DNA of 64,000 nucleotides from Amoebidium appalachense (taxonomy: Eukaryota > Protista > Ichthyosporea), in assembly GCA_963693365.1 (NCBI GenBank), contig CAVNZM010000010.1:7751794-7815793 (forward strand), in the 5' to 3' direction. Below the pieces are notes generated by a model. It worked only from the letters and a program-made list of their open reading frames with translations. It was not told the DNA's origin and did no database searches. The translations under genes and the position numbers were made by a program. Below are positions 40,012-54,076 of the stretch, piece after piece. Numbering within the stretch: the first letter of the stretch is position 1; each line of letters opens with the position of its first letter.

Positions 40012-40993
40012 TCACCAGTGGGCATGAGCCAGGCCAAACTCCTTAGTCTGTGCCCTGAGATCTGTCTTCAGCACCTTCCCGTAGTTGTTCTTGGGCAGTG
40101 ACAGGGAGAGAACATAGCGCCTGGGCCGCTTGAACCGGGCCATGTGTGCTAGACAGTGCTGCTCTAGGCTGTGCTCGAAGGCTCTTTGCCCTTCCGCTGT
40201 GCCTGTGCGTGTGCACGCGCGTTGGTGGAAAAGTGTCAATACCATGAGCGGTGGCAGGGAACCGGGGCAGGTAGGAATGGGAAGGAGGGAAGGAGCAGGG
40301 GAAGAGGGTGGGGGGAAGGGGGAGGGGAAGGGGGGGGGGGGCGCGTCCTCTCTCTCTTTTCCGTTTTCTTTTTTAAAATTCTTTTCTTTTTACGTTTTTG
40401 GATTTTTTTTTTTTTTTTTGGGGGGGGGGGGGGGGGGATGTGTTAACTTGATATATGAGCTATGAAAAGCAATATACGAGTGTGTGGTAAGTTCACATCG
40501 TGGTGGCATGTGATTATGCCAAAGTAGGTTGTTGGAAAGGTGGGCTACTGGTCCATGTATGCATGTGGGCGTTGCGGAACAGTAAAGGAATGAAAGTGTC
40601 GGTTGGTTGGTTTGGGGGGGGGAAGGGGGGGGGAGGGGGACGAGAGTGGGCTGGGGGGAGGGGGGGGGGAGGGGAGGGGGGGGGGGGGGGGGGGGGAGTG
40701 AGTGGGTGGAGCAGGTGAGGGCGGGGAGTGTGGAGTGTTGAGGTGTAGCTGCAAGTAGAAAATGGGGTCATGGGGGAGGGAGGAGGAGGCAACGGGGGTT
40801 TGCTGAGAGGACAAGGAGGGAAGGCGAAAGTAAGAGGAACCGGACGAATAGCATGGGTGAGAATGGATGAAGGGTGGGTGGGGGGGGAGGGGAGGGAAGG
40901 GGCGGTACAAACGAACATTAGGCACCTATGTCAGTACACTACAAAATCGCAGGAATACATCAATTGCACAGGCACACACACACCACACACAAA

Positions 40994-41045
<52 letters not shown>

Positions 41046-41580
41046 CAAAACAAACACCTCGACCCAATCCCCCCCCCGTTCCTGCCCCTTCTCCCCACAC
41101 CCATCCACATACCATCCACCGGCATCCTGGGCACGACAAAAGCCACCACCATCTCTCCCCACTCCGCATGGGGTGTGCCCACCACCGCCACCTCCCCCAC
41201 ATGAGGGTGAGTCAGTAATACCTCCTCCACCTCTCTCGGGTATATGTTGCTACCCCCACTGATCACTACATCCTTGTTGCGGTCGGTGAGTGTCAGATAT
41301 CCGTCTGCACTCATGCGGCCTAGGTCTCCAGTGTGAAGCCACCCATCACGGAGGGTTTCGGCTGTGGCGGCTTCGTTTCGCCAATAGCCCTGTGGGGTGG
41401 ATAGTGTAAGCAGGGGTTTTATGTAGGTATACTTGTGGGGGAGGGAATTTAGATTGTGCTGCATAGTAGAAGAAGGGGGGGGGGGAGGGGGGGGGGGGGG
41501 AGGGGAGCAGGAGCAAGTCATCCATAGAACCCGTGTTTTCACCCATTCACCTCGTATACGAAATCCAACTCGGGGAGCGG

Positions 41581-41617
<37 letters not shown>

Positions 41618-43141
41618 GGTAAAGGGGGGCATTTAAGGCTGCTTCATGCATGGTAGGTGGGCGAGAAAGCTCATCTGTTGGATGTGCAGTTTGCAATGGG
41701 GATGATTGCGAAGGAACTAATGGTGGTGGTCTTGATAGAGGAATAGGAAGGAGAATTTGTTGCCCTGTCTCGGCACTTCTATGCATGGTTGGAAGCCAAA
41801 GAGTGCAATGGAAGATGGTGTCGTGTGAGCCAAAAGTGCGCAATCAACCATCGATATCCAAAGGCACGGAACGAACGCTTAGCAGCAGAACAATGAATGT
41901 GCTACCAAGAGTGCAACCAACATGAGGTGCATAGTCATGCTGTATGCGCAAGAAAAGGGAACGTAGCCAGAGGCACAGGCATGGCTGGTGCATAGTTAAA
42001 CAGAAAAAAGAGGAACGTCTTGTGCAAATGCAGGGGGGAAGAATGTGAGGTAGCAGAGGCAAGTCCAACACGGAGACAGCTAGCTGTTGACTATATCTCC
42101 TCCACCCCCCACCCCACTCCCCCTTCTTCCCCCTCCCCCCCTTCTTCTCCCCCCCCCTCCCCCAAGCAGAACCATACACAGTAGCATCCACCACCCCTCC
42201 ATCCCACAAAGACTACATTCCACCCATCTCACCATACTGCTTGCGTAACTGGGCATATTTCCCCTATGGCCCATAGTCTTTCCCATGTTTGGTTTGGTAA
42301 GAGCACATCAGTCCATTCCATCGGGGTGTTTGCCTTTTCCTTCGTGCCACATCAATGGCCTCGCCCCCCCCCCCCCCCCCCCCCCCCCCCCGTTTCACCC
42401 TTCCCATCCCCGCTCCTACCACGTTTACCCCAGGAAATCAATTAGAACCTTCCCCCCCCCCCCCCCCCTCCCCCCTCTCCTCCCCTCCTTCTCCCAAGGC
42501 CCCCTCTCCCCTCTCCACCCGTGCCCATTTCCCAACAAATCACATGATATCCCACCTACCTTCATTACTGCCGGGCCCTTCACAACCACCTCCCCTATCT
42601 CTCCAGGCCCCAAGACCTTACCATCAGGCCCCACCACCTCCACCTGTACCGCCATCTGCCTGGTGCCCACACTGCCCATCCTCTCTTTATCTCTCTGGCT
42701 GGCATTCGCAAAGTCAACATAGCACTGCTTGCCCAGTGCTGTAATAGTCATAGGACTCTCTCCCTGACCGTAGATCTGCGCCACACGACCAACACCTAGA
42801 ACTTTCTGTGCACGGTCGACATCGGCAAGATACATTGGACCACCACCATAGACAATGGTTTTGAGCCCGGGTAGTGGGTCACGCATGTGATCTGACACGC
42901 GATTTGTCACGTGACCTGACACGTGATTTGTCACGTGATTTGACACGTGATTGCCCACGTGGCCAGTGGGGGGTTGTAGGTGTGTTAATAGGCGGGAAAG
43001 CATTGTGGGGGCAAGAAACATGGTGGCACCACTGTGCCGGTGAAGAAGAGAAATGACTTCGTCGGGATCGTAGTGGCCTGATTGGGGAACAACATGTGCT
43101 GCTGCCTGTGGATGTGGGTGTTTTGTGTGTGTCAGTGGGTG

Positions 43142-43180
<39 letters not shown>

Positions 43181-44758
43181 AGTGGGTGTAAAGTGTGTGT
43201 GTGTGCGTGTGCGTGTGTGTATGAATGTCCATGTTTTATGTGCACCGAAAGGCATTGCAGGAAGCGGATAAATTCGGATTTTTTAATAAAGGCAAGGTAG
43301 CGTGATAGCTACTGGAAAAGGGGGTGGGGGGAGGGGGTCGGGGGGGGGTGGGGGGGGGTCTCTACAAGCATTTGTTGGTATGTATGTGTATCGGTTCGTG
43401 TGTGGAGAGGAAACAAGTACATGTTGTGCCTATGCACGCCTGCAATCAAAGATTTTCTCTTTACCCAAACGACCCACCATGCAGAAGTGGCTTGTGCCGC
43501 AGGCTGCCTATCGCTTAGAAGAGGTTGAAGTCGGCCCAACCAGATACAATAGGTATTATTTAAAGAAACCAGGCAAGCGTGCCAAGGAGTAAAAAGATCC
43601 CCGGGAGCACTAGCTGGGTAAGACCTGAGCGCAAAAGGAATGGAGAGGGGGGGAGGGGGGCAGGAATGGAAGCAAAGAAGTGAGAGGGGTTGTACAAATA
43701 AAAGCATGGCACACAAAGGAATGCTCGATATATTCATGCCATGCGGAGCCCGTCCAAGGGGGGGGAGGGGGGGGGGGGGGAGGAGGGAGGGGGTGGGGAG
43801 GGAGGGAGGGGGGAGGGGGTGAGGGGGGGGGGAAGGGGAGAGGATGTGACCACATGAATACACTAGAGGCACACTTGCTGATCACAATTAGCCAATAAAA
43901 GCAGGATGTGAGTCGACCAAAGCCAGTGCAGAAGGAGGGGGGTCATTGTTGAAAGGGGCTTTTTGGGGGGGGGGGGGGAGGGGGGGGAGGGGGGCGTATT
44001 TTTTTTCAGTGATAGAACACCACAGGGCTTTTTGGGGAAGGGGTGGATTTAGTACTAGGGAAACACAGGGCGTTAGTTTTGGGTGTGTGTGTGTGTTTTG
44101 GATGCCAGGGGGGGGGGGGGGGGGGGGGGGGCGGAGGCGGAGAAGGAGGGGGGCGGGGGGGGGGGGCTGCTTCCACATGAGGGAACACGGTAGGAAGGGC
44201 CAGTAGAAGTGGTCGATTGTCAAAAAGGCGTAGAGAAGGGACGTGGGTCGAAGGCTTGGATCTGACTCGGGGGGGAAGGTTTTTTTTTTTTTTTTTTTGG
44301 GGGGGGGGGGGGGGGGTACCTTTGCCACATGGGGTAGCACATAAAGGCCTGAGCCATGTGACATGGGCCCAGCATGCAGCATGCAGTCCTCAGGGCTGAT
44401 CTGGTGGTGGTGGTGGTGGTGGTGGTGGGGGGGGGGGGTATTTAGAGAGGGAAAACAGTACTGCAAACAAATATCCAGGGGTGAGGAGAGGGGGGGGTGA
44501 GGGGGAGGGGACCGATAAAGCCAAACACATCTTCCAAGAAGCCCCTCCCCCATTCCGCAAGAAAAAGAAATATGATACCCAGTCAGGTTCAAAAACAGGT
44601 TATTTATATTTTTCTCTAATCGCTGAGAAACTACTATAAGGCAAAGCAACAGCCATGAAAAACAGCAATACAATATAAGGACAAGCACGAAAGTTGCGCA
44701 GGGATGCTGCACACACATATGCGCGTGCACACACACCACTATCTCTCCTTTCACTCAC

Positions 44759-44800
<42 letters not shown>

Positions 44801-44927
44801 CCCCCCCCCCCCCCCCCCCCCCCCTCTCCTACTCTCTACTACCCCCCTCCCCCTCTCCCCCCCCCCCCCCCCCCCCCCCCCCCCTTCTAAGCAAGGGATC
44901 TAGGAGAACTGGAGATCTGTGTGTAAG

Positions 44928-44971
<44 letters not shown>

Positions 44972-45851
44972 GAAATCAGAGGTGTGCAGGTGCTCGACAG
45001 CGAGAATTATCATAGGCAGTGTACTCACCCAGAAAAACAAGAAACCTATGAAGGGGATTTTGGTTCGAGATTCCCTGGGGCCATACCGGGGAGCGAGGTG
45101 GGGGCGGGGGAGGGAGGGGGGAGGGGGGAGCAAGGGGGGGCGGGGGAGGGAGGGGGGAGGGGGGGAGGCGGGGAGCTTTGAGGTGTGATACGAATATGTA
45201 TCTGTGTATGTGTGTGTACCCGGGGGAGAGGGGGGGAAGGGGGAGGGGGAGGGGGTGTTGCAGCTTGACGCCCACCTGGTCTACGTCGGCCAGGTAGCTT
45301 GCAGTCATGGCAAAAAGGTTCTCGTGCGTCAGCTGGGCCCCCTTGGGCTTGCCCGTGGTCCCGCTGGTGTAGAACAGCCACGCCACAGAATCCTTGTCTT
45401 GTGTGGGCACTCCAGATGATGATCCCGTGGATGATGGGAAAAACTTCTCGTATGATTGCGAACCTACGGTGATAAGTTTATCTTTGATAGCTGAACCTAC
45501 TGCTTTTGTGGCGGTGGTGTGGTTTTCCTCGCTTGTAAAAACCATCTTTGCGGTTGAATGGTCAAGAATATACCCTAGCTCTTCCTCGTGCAACTTGGAG
45601 TTAATGGGCACAACTGTTATTCCAGCAAGCCATGCCCCAAAGGTTAACTCCAGATACTCGGGCCTATTTTGCATAAATATAGCTACATGGTCACCCCCCT
45701 TTAGCCCATGTTTCTCTCTTAGCATGCTTGCTAGCCCTGCTGCCCTCTGAGCCAATTGGGCGTAAGTGTGAACTAGATCGTTGCCAAAATATACGGCAGG
45801 CCGATGCCCATGCACCTGTGCGGCTCGCGCCAGCAAATGCCAAGAGTGCAT
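40012..45851 (-). CDS. AMP-dependent acyl-CoA synthetase / long-chain fatty acid-CoA ligase family
   Basis: Exons 45851-45276, 44400-44320, 43105-42560, 41389-41113, 40202-40012, all GT-AG and in frame. Motifs YTSGTTGKPKG, YGQGE, GWLHTGDLG, SGGSNIYPREVE, LPKNNYGKVLK. Confidence 0.95.
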
Positions 45852-46534
45852 GTTGCTAATTGCTTACTGAAGACACCAGGATCTATGGGTAGCTTTACAC
45901 TTGGAGATAGACAGGCCAAATACGTTGCACCCCGTTGAACCACTAATAAAGCAAGCCAGCTAGGTGTCCCTCCGCCTAGATATATAGCCCTTAGCAGTGA
46001 CTGTGTACCAGCCCAGCCTGCCCACCGAGCTCCACCTAGAAGCTTCTAGAACACATATATAGCGTGGCGTTGACAGCTCCCTTTTACACAGTGACAGAGG
46101 TGCCCGTCGGAGGCTGAGTGACGTGACGACAGACTGACGTGACGTCAAGTTCTCATGAGCCGTCTCGAGGATCGCACACGTCCGATTGGTGCCTGGCACA
46201 AATTTTTCCCGCCCTTTTTTTCCCACAGCTACAGGACAGTCACAGCCGTCTCGAAAATTCTATTTTTGGCTTTCTATTTTTAGTAACACCCTTACATTTT
46301 GGTAGCATCAATATCCCCTGCGCATGCCCCTGCGCAGAGTGTTCCAGAGGGCCGTGGTACAGTGTAGGCGTTTTGAAAGCATTCAAGCGGCTAATTTTTC
46401 TTCAAAGATTTCTTTGGAGGCTCCGTCAGTAGCCTCTCGGGTCCTCGAAGAGCTACGACTAAGGTTTATTCTAGGTGAAAATTTTGCCACTTCTTGAAGA
46501 GGAGCTCGCACGGTACGAGCTCATAGACATTGCA

Positions 46535-46573
<39 letters not shown>

Positions 46574-47497
46574 CTGGTGATCGATCATGCAGTGATGGCC
46601 CCCGGTGGTGGTGCACGTGGTGCCACGGTGTTGGTGGTAGTGGTGGTGATGGTGGTGGTGGTGTGTGGGGGGCGGAGAGGGGGAGGGGGGGGGAAGGGGG
46701 GGGCGGGGCTGCAGGGGCTCGTGATGGTGGTCACGTGGTGGTGGAGAAGGTGGTGTTTTTTTTGTTTTCTTTTTCTTTTTGGTGGGGGGGGGGAAGGGGG
46801 AGAATGTTATTGAATGTGAAGATGCGATTTTTGGAGTTCAATTCAGTGGAAGAACGTCGACCTTTAGTACCAATAAATTCTGGGGACAATCTGTCACACA
46901 GGGGTGTTTGGGGTGCCCGGATGGGTGGGTGGATTTATTCATAAAAAATACAATTCATTCCATGCAGAAATACATCTTGCAAAAGCGCAAGTGCATTGCC
47001 ATGTATACGCGTACACTACAAGATATGGGTGCTAAAACCATTAACAGGAGGACTTTTGTATAGCAACAACTAGTACACAACTTAGCGTTACAACACTATA
47101 CTCGTGTTAGGGGAGATTGCTTGGTCATACATAAATACATGGATCGGAACGAGTTATCTTATTCCGGGCTAATAGAATTTTCAAAAAAGATATCCGCAAT
47201 GGGTGTTCTAGCAAATGCCAGCTATGCACTTCGGAACCCCACACACCTAGCAAGCGGGTTCCTAAAGTATCCATAAAACAAGCCAAACCGCCCTAGTCAA
47301 ACCTCAAAATCCCTTTGTACAAAGTAAACAGTGTGTCAAACAAGTGCACTAATAAGATGCAACAGACATATGCCGTCCTTGCAAACACTGCAGTCATGGG
47401 CAACTGTCCAATAAATCCACAACTGAGCCTGGGGGGAAACACGACACAGACGTTCCCAAGCACCCCTCACCTTCTCAAGCAACACTTCAGCCACTAC

Positions 47498-47867
47498 TCA
47501 AAAAATCTCTAGAAAATGGATCACCTCCTCCGGGACTTCAGAGAGAGGTAATTCCTCGGCACATGCAAGCAGCCACCGTGCGCACAGTACTTTCAGGGTG
47601 GGGAGAGGCGGGTCTGTCAGCAGCTCCACAGCCGCCATGTTGCCCTTGCGCTTGGCAACGGCAATAAGAGAATCCCCGTTGTTGTTCTGAAAGAGAAAAG
47701 TGTGAGTGCACGATTTGAAAGGAAAAATAAATGGGTCATCCTAAAGTGTGGCATTCACGTCGAAAAGACCGAAAGAGAAGGTTTGCATGAAGAGGGCACG
47801 CGAAATGTGTGTGCTTGCACGGTTGTGTGAGAGCCTGCATCAACACTGCCCAAACCTTTTTTTTTCT

Positions 47868-47924
<57 letters not shown>

Positions 47925-48236
47925 GACGCACGCACGCAAGAAGCGCTTGCGCATTTGTGAGCGTACACGCGTACGTGCCGGTATATGGGTGCAGGTATGT
48001 GTGAATGTGCGTGCACATGCATCTCTACGTGCGCGTGCACGTGTGTGTGTGTGTGTGTGTGTGTCTGTGTGTATGTGTGTGTGTGTGTGTGTGTGGGCGT
48101 GTGTGTGCGCGCGCGCACGCGCGCGTGTGTGTGTGTGTGCAGTGTGTGTGTGCACTCACACACACCATGCGTGTGCGTGTGTGTGTGTGTGTGTGTGCGT
48201 AGGTGCGCGTGCGTGCAGGCATTAGCGTGCAGTGTG

Positions 48237-48304
<68 letters not shown>

Positions 48305-49266
48305 TGCGTGTGTGTGTGTATCTTCTCGTGCATGCGAGTGTGTGTGTGCACGCGTGTGATGTGTGCGGTGCGTGCGCGCCAGGTGTGTGTGTATTTGCAT
48401 GCAAACGTATGGTTTCCCAAACATATACTCCAGCGTCTCTAACTTTTACCCCTCAACTCCCCCCTCCCCCCCCTCCCCGGGGGGGGGGGGATAAAGTACG
48501 CATGACACACCTTGATCTAAACACTCTTGAACCATACAACAACACGAAACCATGCAAAAGCCTGAAATAGGAAGGGAAGGGGGGGGGAGGGGGGGGGGAA
48601 GGGGGGGGGGGGGGGTTTGAATGCGTCAAAAAGTACGAAGTACACAAGAACAAACGGATAACACGATGCAGAATGCAAGCCATACATAAAGAGTATGCAT
48701 AATAAGCAGAGCCCATCCTCAGGGGGGGCCCACGTCATCCACAGTACCCGAGTTTCGACCTATTCCCCTCGTTAACGAAACCCAACTCAGATACTGTTTC
48801 ACATGAACATGAGTAGGTCACCCGTCTTGATCAGAGACGAGCAGGGTTGCTTATGCAGGCAAGGGCAGTGGGAAAGGCCGGGGGGGGGGGGCTGCTGTCA
48901 GCTACATGTATTTTGTGCACAATTTTTTGGAGCTTGGTGTAGCCCTTTATTGGTCTATACGTGCACCCAGTAATTAAGTTGGGCAGGATGCCAGGTTGTA
49001 CATCTACAGCAGTGATGTACGCACATGAACCTACACCGATTTCCTATAATTACCACAGTACGCACAGCCCTATGCATGCTCATAAGCGCGCCCTATGAAT
49101 GTGTACGATCTTCTGGTACATATCGATGCATATTTAAACGAATACGTTCACTCTTGCACAGTATGCACATTTCCGTGCTGTTTTCAAAGGATGAAGTTGT
49201 TGAGACCGCCCCATGAATGAGCAGAAATGCAACGGGAGGCACCCTTTCAGGCAAAACGAAAAAAAA

Positions 49267-49298
<32 letters not shown>

Positions 49299-49491
49299 GG
49301 AGGGGAGGATGCAACCCGCAGCGAGTTGACTAGAACAGCAGGGACGACGAGAGAAGAACAGAGAAAGGATAAAATACTCGCGCAGAAAAGGCAAACACCC
49401 GTGCACAGGCAGCAGCGACAGCAGAGAAGGTTGGTAGTGGTGGTGGTGGTGGTGGTGGTGGTATGTGAGTGTGTGTGTGTGTGTGTGGGGG

Positions 49492-49526
<35 letters not shown>

Positions 49527-49894
49527 AATACCTGGGCCTGTGGCTTGAGGCCAAACAGCAGCAGACAGCGCACGGGGCGCAGATCCCTCAGTCCCAGGGC
49601 CAGATGGCCAGGGGTATCCCCGGCACGGTTGCGAGCATTGGGGTCGGCACCTACAGGTGAGTCATGTCAGTGCCATGCTGGTAATGGTTTATCGATTAGA
49701 CATGGAATGTGTTGTTCTATTGAACTGAGGGTGCGGCGGATAAATTTGCATTGGTGTTGAGTGCATGCACGTGACTTGTTCAGCAGTGTTCTCGAGTACA
49801 TGCAAATAACGCATTTAGAGGTATGCAAATGACTTGCAAAACTTGCACGGCAACGACTTAACAAACGGTTTCTTTCGGTGTATAAGTTATCAAT

Positions 49895-49925
<31 letters not shown>

Positions 49926-50424
49926 GGGGAAAAAGAAAAAAGAAACCTTTCGGAAAGAGGGTAATGGTGTACACGTGTGCACCACATGAGAACTCTCGCC
50001 ACAATGTCACACACATACACCTCCATACCCCACGAACACTTCAGCCCATTTCTGGCACACACACACCAACAGTGCCCTTGGGCCACTTTAAAACTATATC
50101 ACACGCACACATGCCTGTGCAGGTACAGGAGCAACATGCAGGCAGGGGTATGCAAAGGCTTGCAACAGGTGAGGTAGGCCGGGAAGGAGGGATAAATAAA
50201 ACCACAGGTGTGGGGCAAAGTGTGAGTGTGTGTGTGCATGTGTGTCTATCCGTGTAAACATCAGTGAGCGCGAATGCCCTCGCACGCCTGCACCGAACGC
50301 CTAGCCTGTGCCCATGAGCTACCACCAACCTACCTCGTGCCAGGAGTTCGCGTACACATTCATAGTTGCCCCTTGCAGCCGCAAAATGCAGCGGCTGTGT
50401 GAATGTTTGTGTGTATGAGTGTGT

Positions 50425-50460
<36 letters not shown>

Positions 50461-51276
50461 TATGTTAGATATTTGCTACAACAGTGCAGAGTATATGGCT
50501 GAGTTGCTGCACGTCAATTGCACAGAGACCCTTCTATGTACTCGGGGTAGGCCCGGGGGTCACCAGAACATCCACAACTTTAAGACACCCACATGTGATC
50601 CATACACAACCCAATAATCGGGCCCCTTTAAACATTCACAAACATCCACAAACAGTACAAGGAACAGGCTGGGCAACAAAATAGGATGAACCGTAACACC
50701 TACCGTGTCCCTGGTTATGGGGTGGCGGGAGTTGGGCTGGCCCCCAAGCAGACACAGAGCAGTAAGGCACTTGGCGTTTCCGTACCAGGCAGCCAGGTGC
50801 ATAGGGCTCCTGCACATGCTGGTGTGAGCCAAGCTTGCCATGTACATGGCATGAGAAGTTGAACACTGTCTCCCTTCGATGTAAAGTTATTATAACTTTG
50901 AAAACAGCATCTAGGCCTTTGCTTGCTGCAAGTGCGCGCACAAACATGCTGCGCACACAAATATAAACAATCACACATACTTGCAGAGACCCAGATGCAT
51001 CTCCGCACAGGTACACAGACACAACGAACACGCATGCTTCACATAAAAGAACACTCCAAACACGGGCCCCCACCCAGGGAGGACGCGCACACGTGCATAC
51101 ACACGCGCCAAACACGCACGCACACGCACACTCAGACACACAAAGGCTTGGGCAGAATTTCGGCAACAAACTCACCAGCCCGCAGAGTCAAAGGTATTTG
51201 GGTCGAAAGTGCCCTGCCTCAGGGTTCGGTTCAGCGAGACAACATCATTTTGTGCAGCAAGCCTCAGCACCTCCAT
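47498..51276 (-). CDS. Ankyrin-repeat protein with C-terminal SOCS box (ASB-like)
   Basis: Exons 51276-51176, 50809-50704, 50394-50334, 49650-49532, 47686-47498, in frame. Ankyrin motifs GWSPMHLAAWYG, TPLHFAAARG, GADPNARNRAGDTPGHLA, GDSLIAVAKRKG. Ends PTLKVLCARWL...LSEVPEEVIHFLEIF. Confidence 0.9.
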
Positions 51277-51962
51277 TTTATGAGAGTCCAAGGTGGCCTG
51301 GTAGAAAGACAAATCTAATGACACCTCGATCGCAAGGAGCTGTAGAGTTGCTGTCGTGCTTCGGTGTTGTGTTCGGTCGAAGGACGTGTAAGAGCCCAGC
51401 AAGGAGCACAAAGGAAAAGCAAGCTCAACTCTGGAGGTGGCGTAGACGGTGGGCGGGAGCGTGCCCGTCGCTCCACCTTTGTCACGAGATCACATCGGGG
51501 TGAAAAAAACCAACCACTACCAAATACTTCAACACCTTTTGGGTGACCCCTGATTAAAAGTCAGTGTGTGTGTTGGCTCGTTTTTCCCGGGGTATACGGT
51601 ACACTCACATAGTACATACAAGTTCGTTGAGAGTGAAAAAAGACAAACTACCAGCTATCAGCACAGCAACGAGAAAAAGAAACGGGTAAAAATTGACACT
51701 GTGTGCCCAGGAAGCTGGCCACAAACATTGAACCCAACCTAGACCTACTGCCGCAGCTAGCTAGTCACAAATCCCGTTGGAATGAACTCGCCGTGAGCGG
51801 CTTAAACAACAGAGCCCAGTACAGGTGAATAATGATCTAAAGCAAAAATAAAATTAAAAATCCTTACTTTTCCCTTGCCACCTAAGCAAAAGCTCGCAAG
51901 CACCCCCACTCTCAGACTTCGAAACAGCACAAGCTCACACACACCGTCACACCAAAACGTCA

Positions 51963-52033
51963 AAAACGCAGTAGGCCGTCGAGTGTGGCTGGGCCCCCGA
52001 CAGGGTCTACGCAATAAATAATGTGTAAACCCC
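51963..52033. mobile_element. 71-nt dispersed repeat, copy 3, flanked by a 10-bp direct repeat
   Basis: CAAAACGTCA at 51953-51962 and 52034-52043 flanks a diverged copy of the 340-410 sequence. Confidence 0.8.
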
Positions 52034-53118
52034 CAAAACGTCAACTTGCCGAGAGAGCGAGGCTGTCAAACGGTCTGAGCCAGTACCCAATCTGGTGCTC
52101 ATCGGCATATTAGGTAATAGCCATGCATGACGTACACCTAATGGAAACACTTATAAAATACTGAGCCATGGTTCATTGGATACCTATAGGGATTTATCCA
52201 ATCAAAGAGTGGTAGTTGGATAGGTGGCTGACCGAGGTGGACTGAGTCAACAGCCGTGCGTTGTTTCAATGCCCTTGCCTGAGACGCTTGAGAAAGCCCC
52301 TGTTAGGGAGAGCAATGGCAACAAATAAACTATAGCAAATAACCTCTTTACTTATTCTTTACCAGAGTCGGCTCTACATGACCAGGAGTTGGCGGCCCAA
52401 CAGTGGGACGAGTCGATGACCTGACGTACGTACACAGAGGCCCATTATTCAGAGGTGGGTAAATATTTCCCAATGTTGGCAGTCACCCTGACTGTTGTGT
52501 AGCATCTAAACCAATAAGGTCTCTCAGAATGTTAAATAATATATATTATTGACCCTATATACCAAAAAATGTTATATATTTTCTTTTTAGTGATTCGTCC
52601 TTCATTTTTTAAAACTTCAACCTGTCAATCTCCTTCATTAAGGGCTTTGTCTTTTTACCCCCTCCTGCTGTGTCAGTGACCGCAAAACCTCGGGAGAGGA
52701 GGTGGCTGGTGGTGTTACGATCTCTATTACGATCGCGATGGATTTGCTGAGTACCGCGAAGATGGGGTATGATTAATATTAATTCGTTCGTGGTATGGTA
52801 CGTAGTTTTGGTGGTTGGGGCCGCCGGAGGGGGGGGGAAGGGGGGGGGTGAGGGGGGGGGGGGGGGGGGGGGGGAGGATGGGAGGGGAGGGCTCAGAGAT
52901 ATAACGACCGGGGGGGGTGGGGGGTGGGGGGGAAGGAGGGAAAAAGGTAGGAGGGGAGAGGGAGGGAGGGGGGGAGGGGGGGGAGGGGGGGGGGGGGGGG
53001 GGGGGGGAGGGGGGAGGGAAAGAGAGAGAGCTCCGTGCTCGATAGGACGTCGACCGAGGCCGGGAGGTGAGGAGGATCGAGGAAGCTCGAGTGGAGGGGG
53101 GCGGAGGACACTCAGGCG

Positions 53119-53167
<49 letters not shown>

Positions 53168-53271
53168 GGAGGGGGGAGGGGGGGGGGGGGGGGAGGAGCT
53201 GGGGAGCAGCTGAAGTCATCATTACACGCGTCTTTTACAACTTCCGCATACACTTCGATTTTCAACAATAA

Positions 53272-53315
<44 letters not shown>

Positions 53316-54076
53316 AAAAAGAAAAACCTGCCCTGCGCCCCAGCTGTAGTTCCCCATTTGACCAGCGCGAAGCCTATTCTCAGTAACTAACTTACGTCTG
53401 GCGTGGTATCGTCCGTTGAGTTAAATTCATGGGGAGAATTCATTACATATTAGTACAGTCCTACTAAGCACATGCGCAAGCCTTTTTTTACACCTTATAG
53501 AGGGAAAGAATCGATATCAGGTGTGATCAAAAGGAAAAGTTGAAGTTGGCAAGCCGTTGGTATCGTGTACCAGACAACAGCCACAATCTACAACAATCCA
53601 CACCCCATAGGTAGCAGTGTGATAAGCAGAATGACAGCTGAACATGGGGCTGCATATGGCCATGTTACATCCACACGTAAAGGCATTTCGAGTAGCTGTG
53701 CCTATCAAACTGTGGCTTATTACATAGTCCCTTTTGGAGAGCGACTCATAGACTAAGGGTCAAAGATTACTGTTGCTAGTTTTTTCGTTATATTTGGTGA
53801 CTGCTTCCGATATCAAAGGAGTGTATTGAGGGAGGAAAGTTTTGCGCACAGCAAGTTTTACCGTGAAGGGGAAACTGCTCCGCAGTGCATGGGCAGGCTT
53901 CGGCACACACACAGCATACCCACCCATAAAGAGCAATATTAATGGGAGTCGTTATATAAATGATGTGACCTATTTAATTGCTTGGCAAGATAATTTAGAA
54001 CGCATGCAAACTTCATTTATTACCTCTCATTTTTGGGTACAGTTAATGTATCATCATACTGCACACAAACACAAAA

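Noticed and set aside
22108-52033. Inverted copies of the 70-nt repeat read as TIRs of one 30-kb element
   Set aside because: No shared TSD, the copies are diverged, copy 3 has its own flanking duplication, and the span would cross the hAT element boundary.
52990-53230. Weak similarity to the G-rich repeat at 15.0-15.4 kb (GAGGCCGGGA, AGCTCGAG)
   Set aside because: Matches are too short within low-complexity sequence to claim homology.
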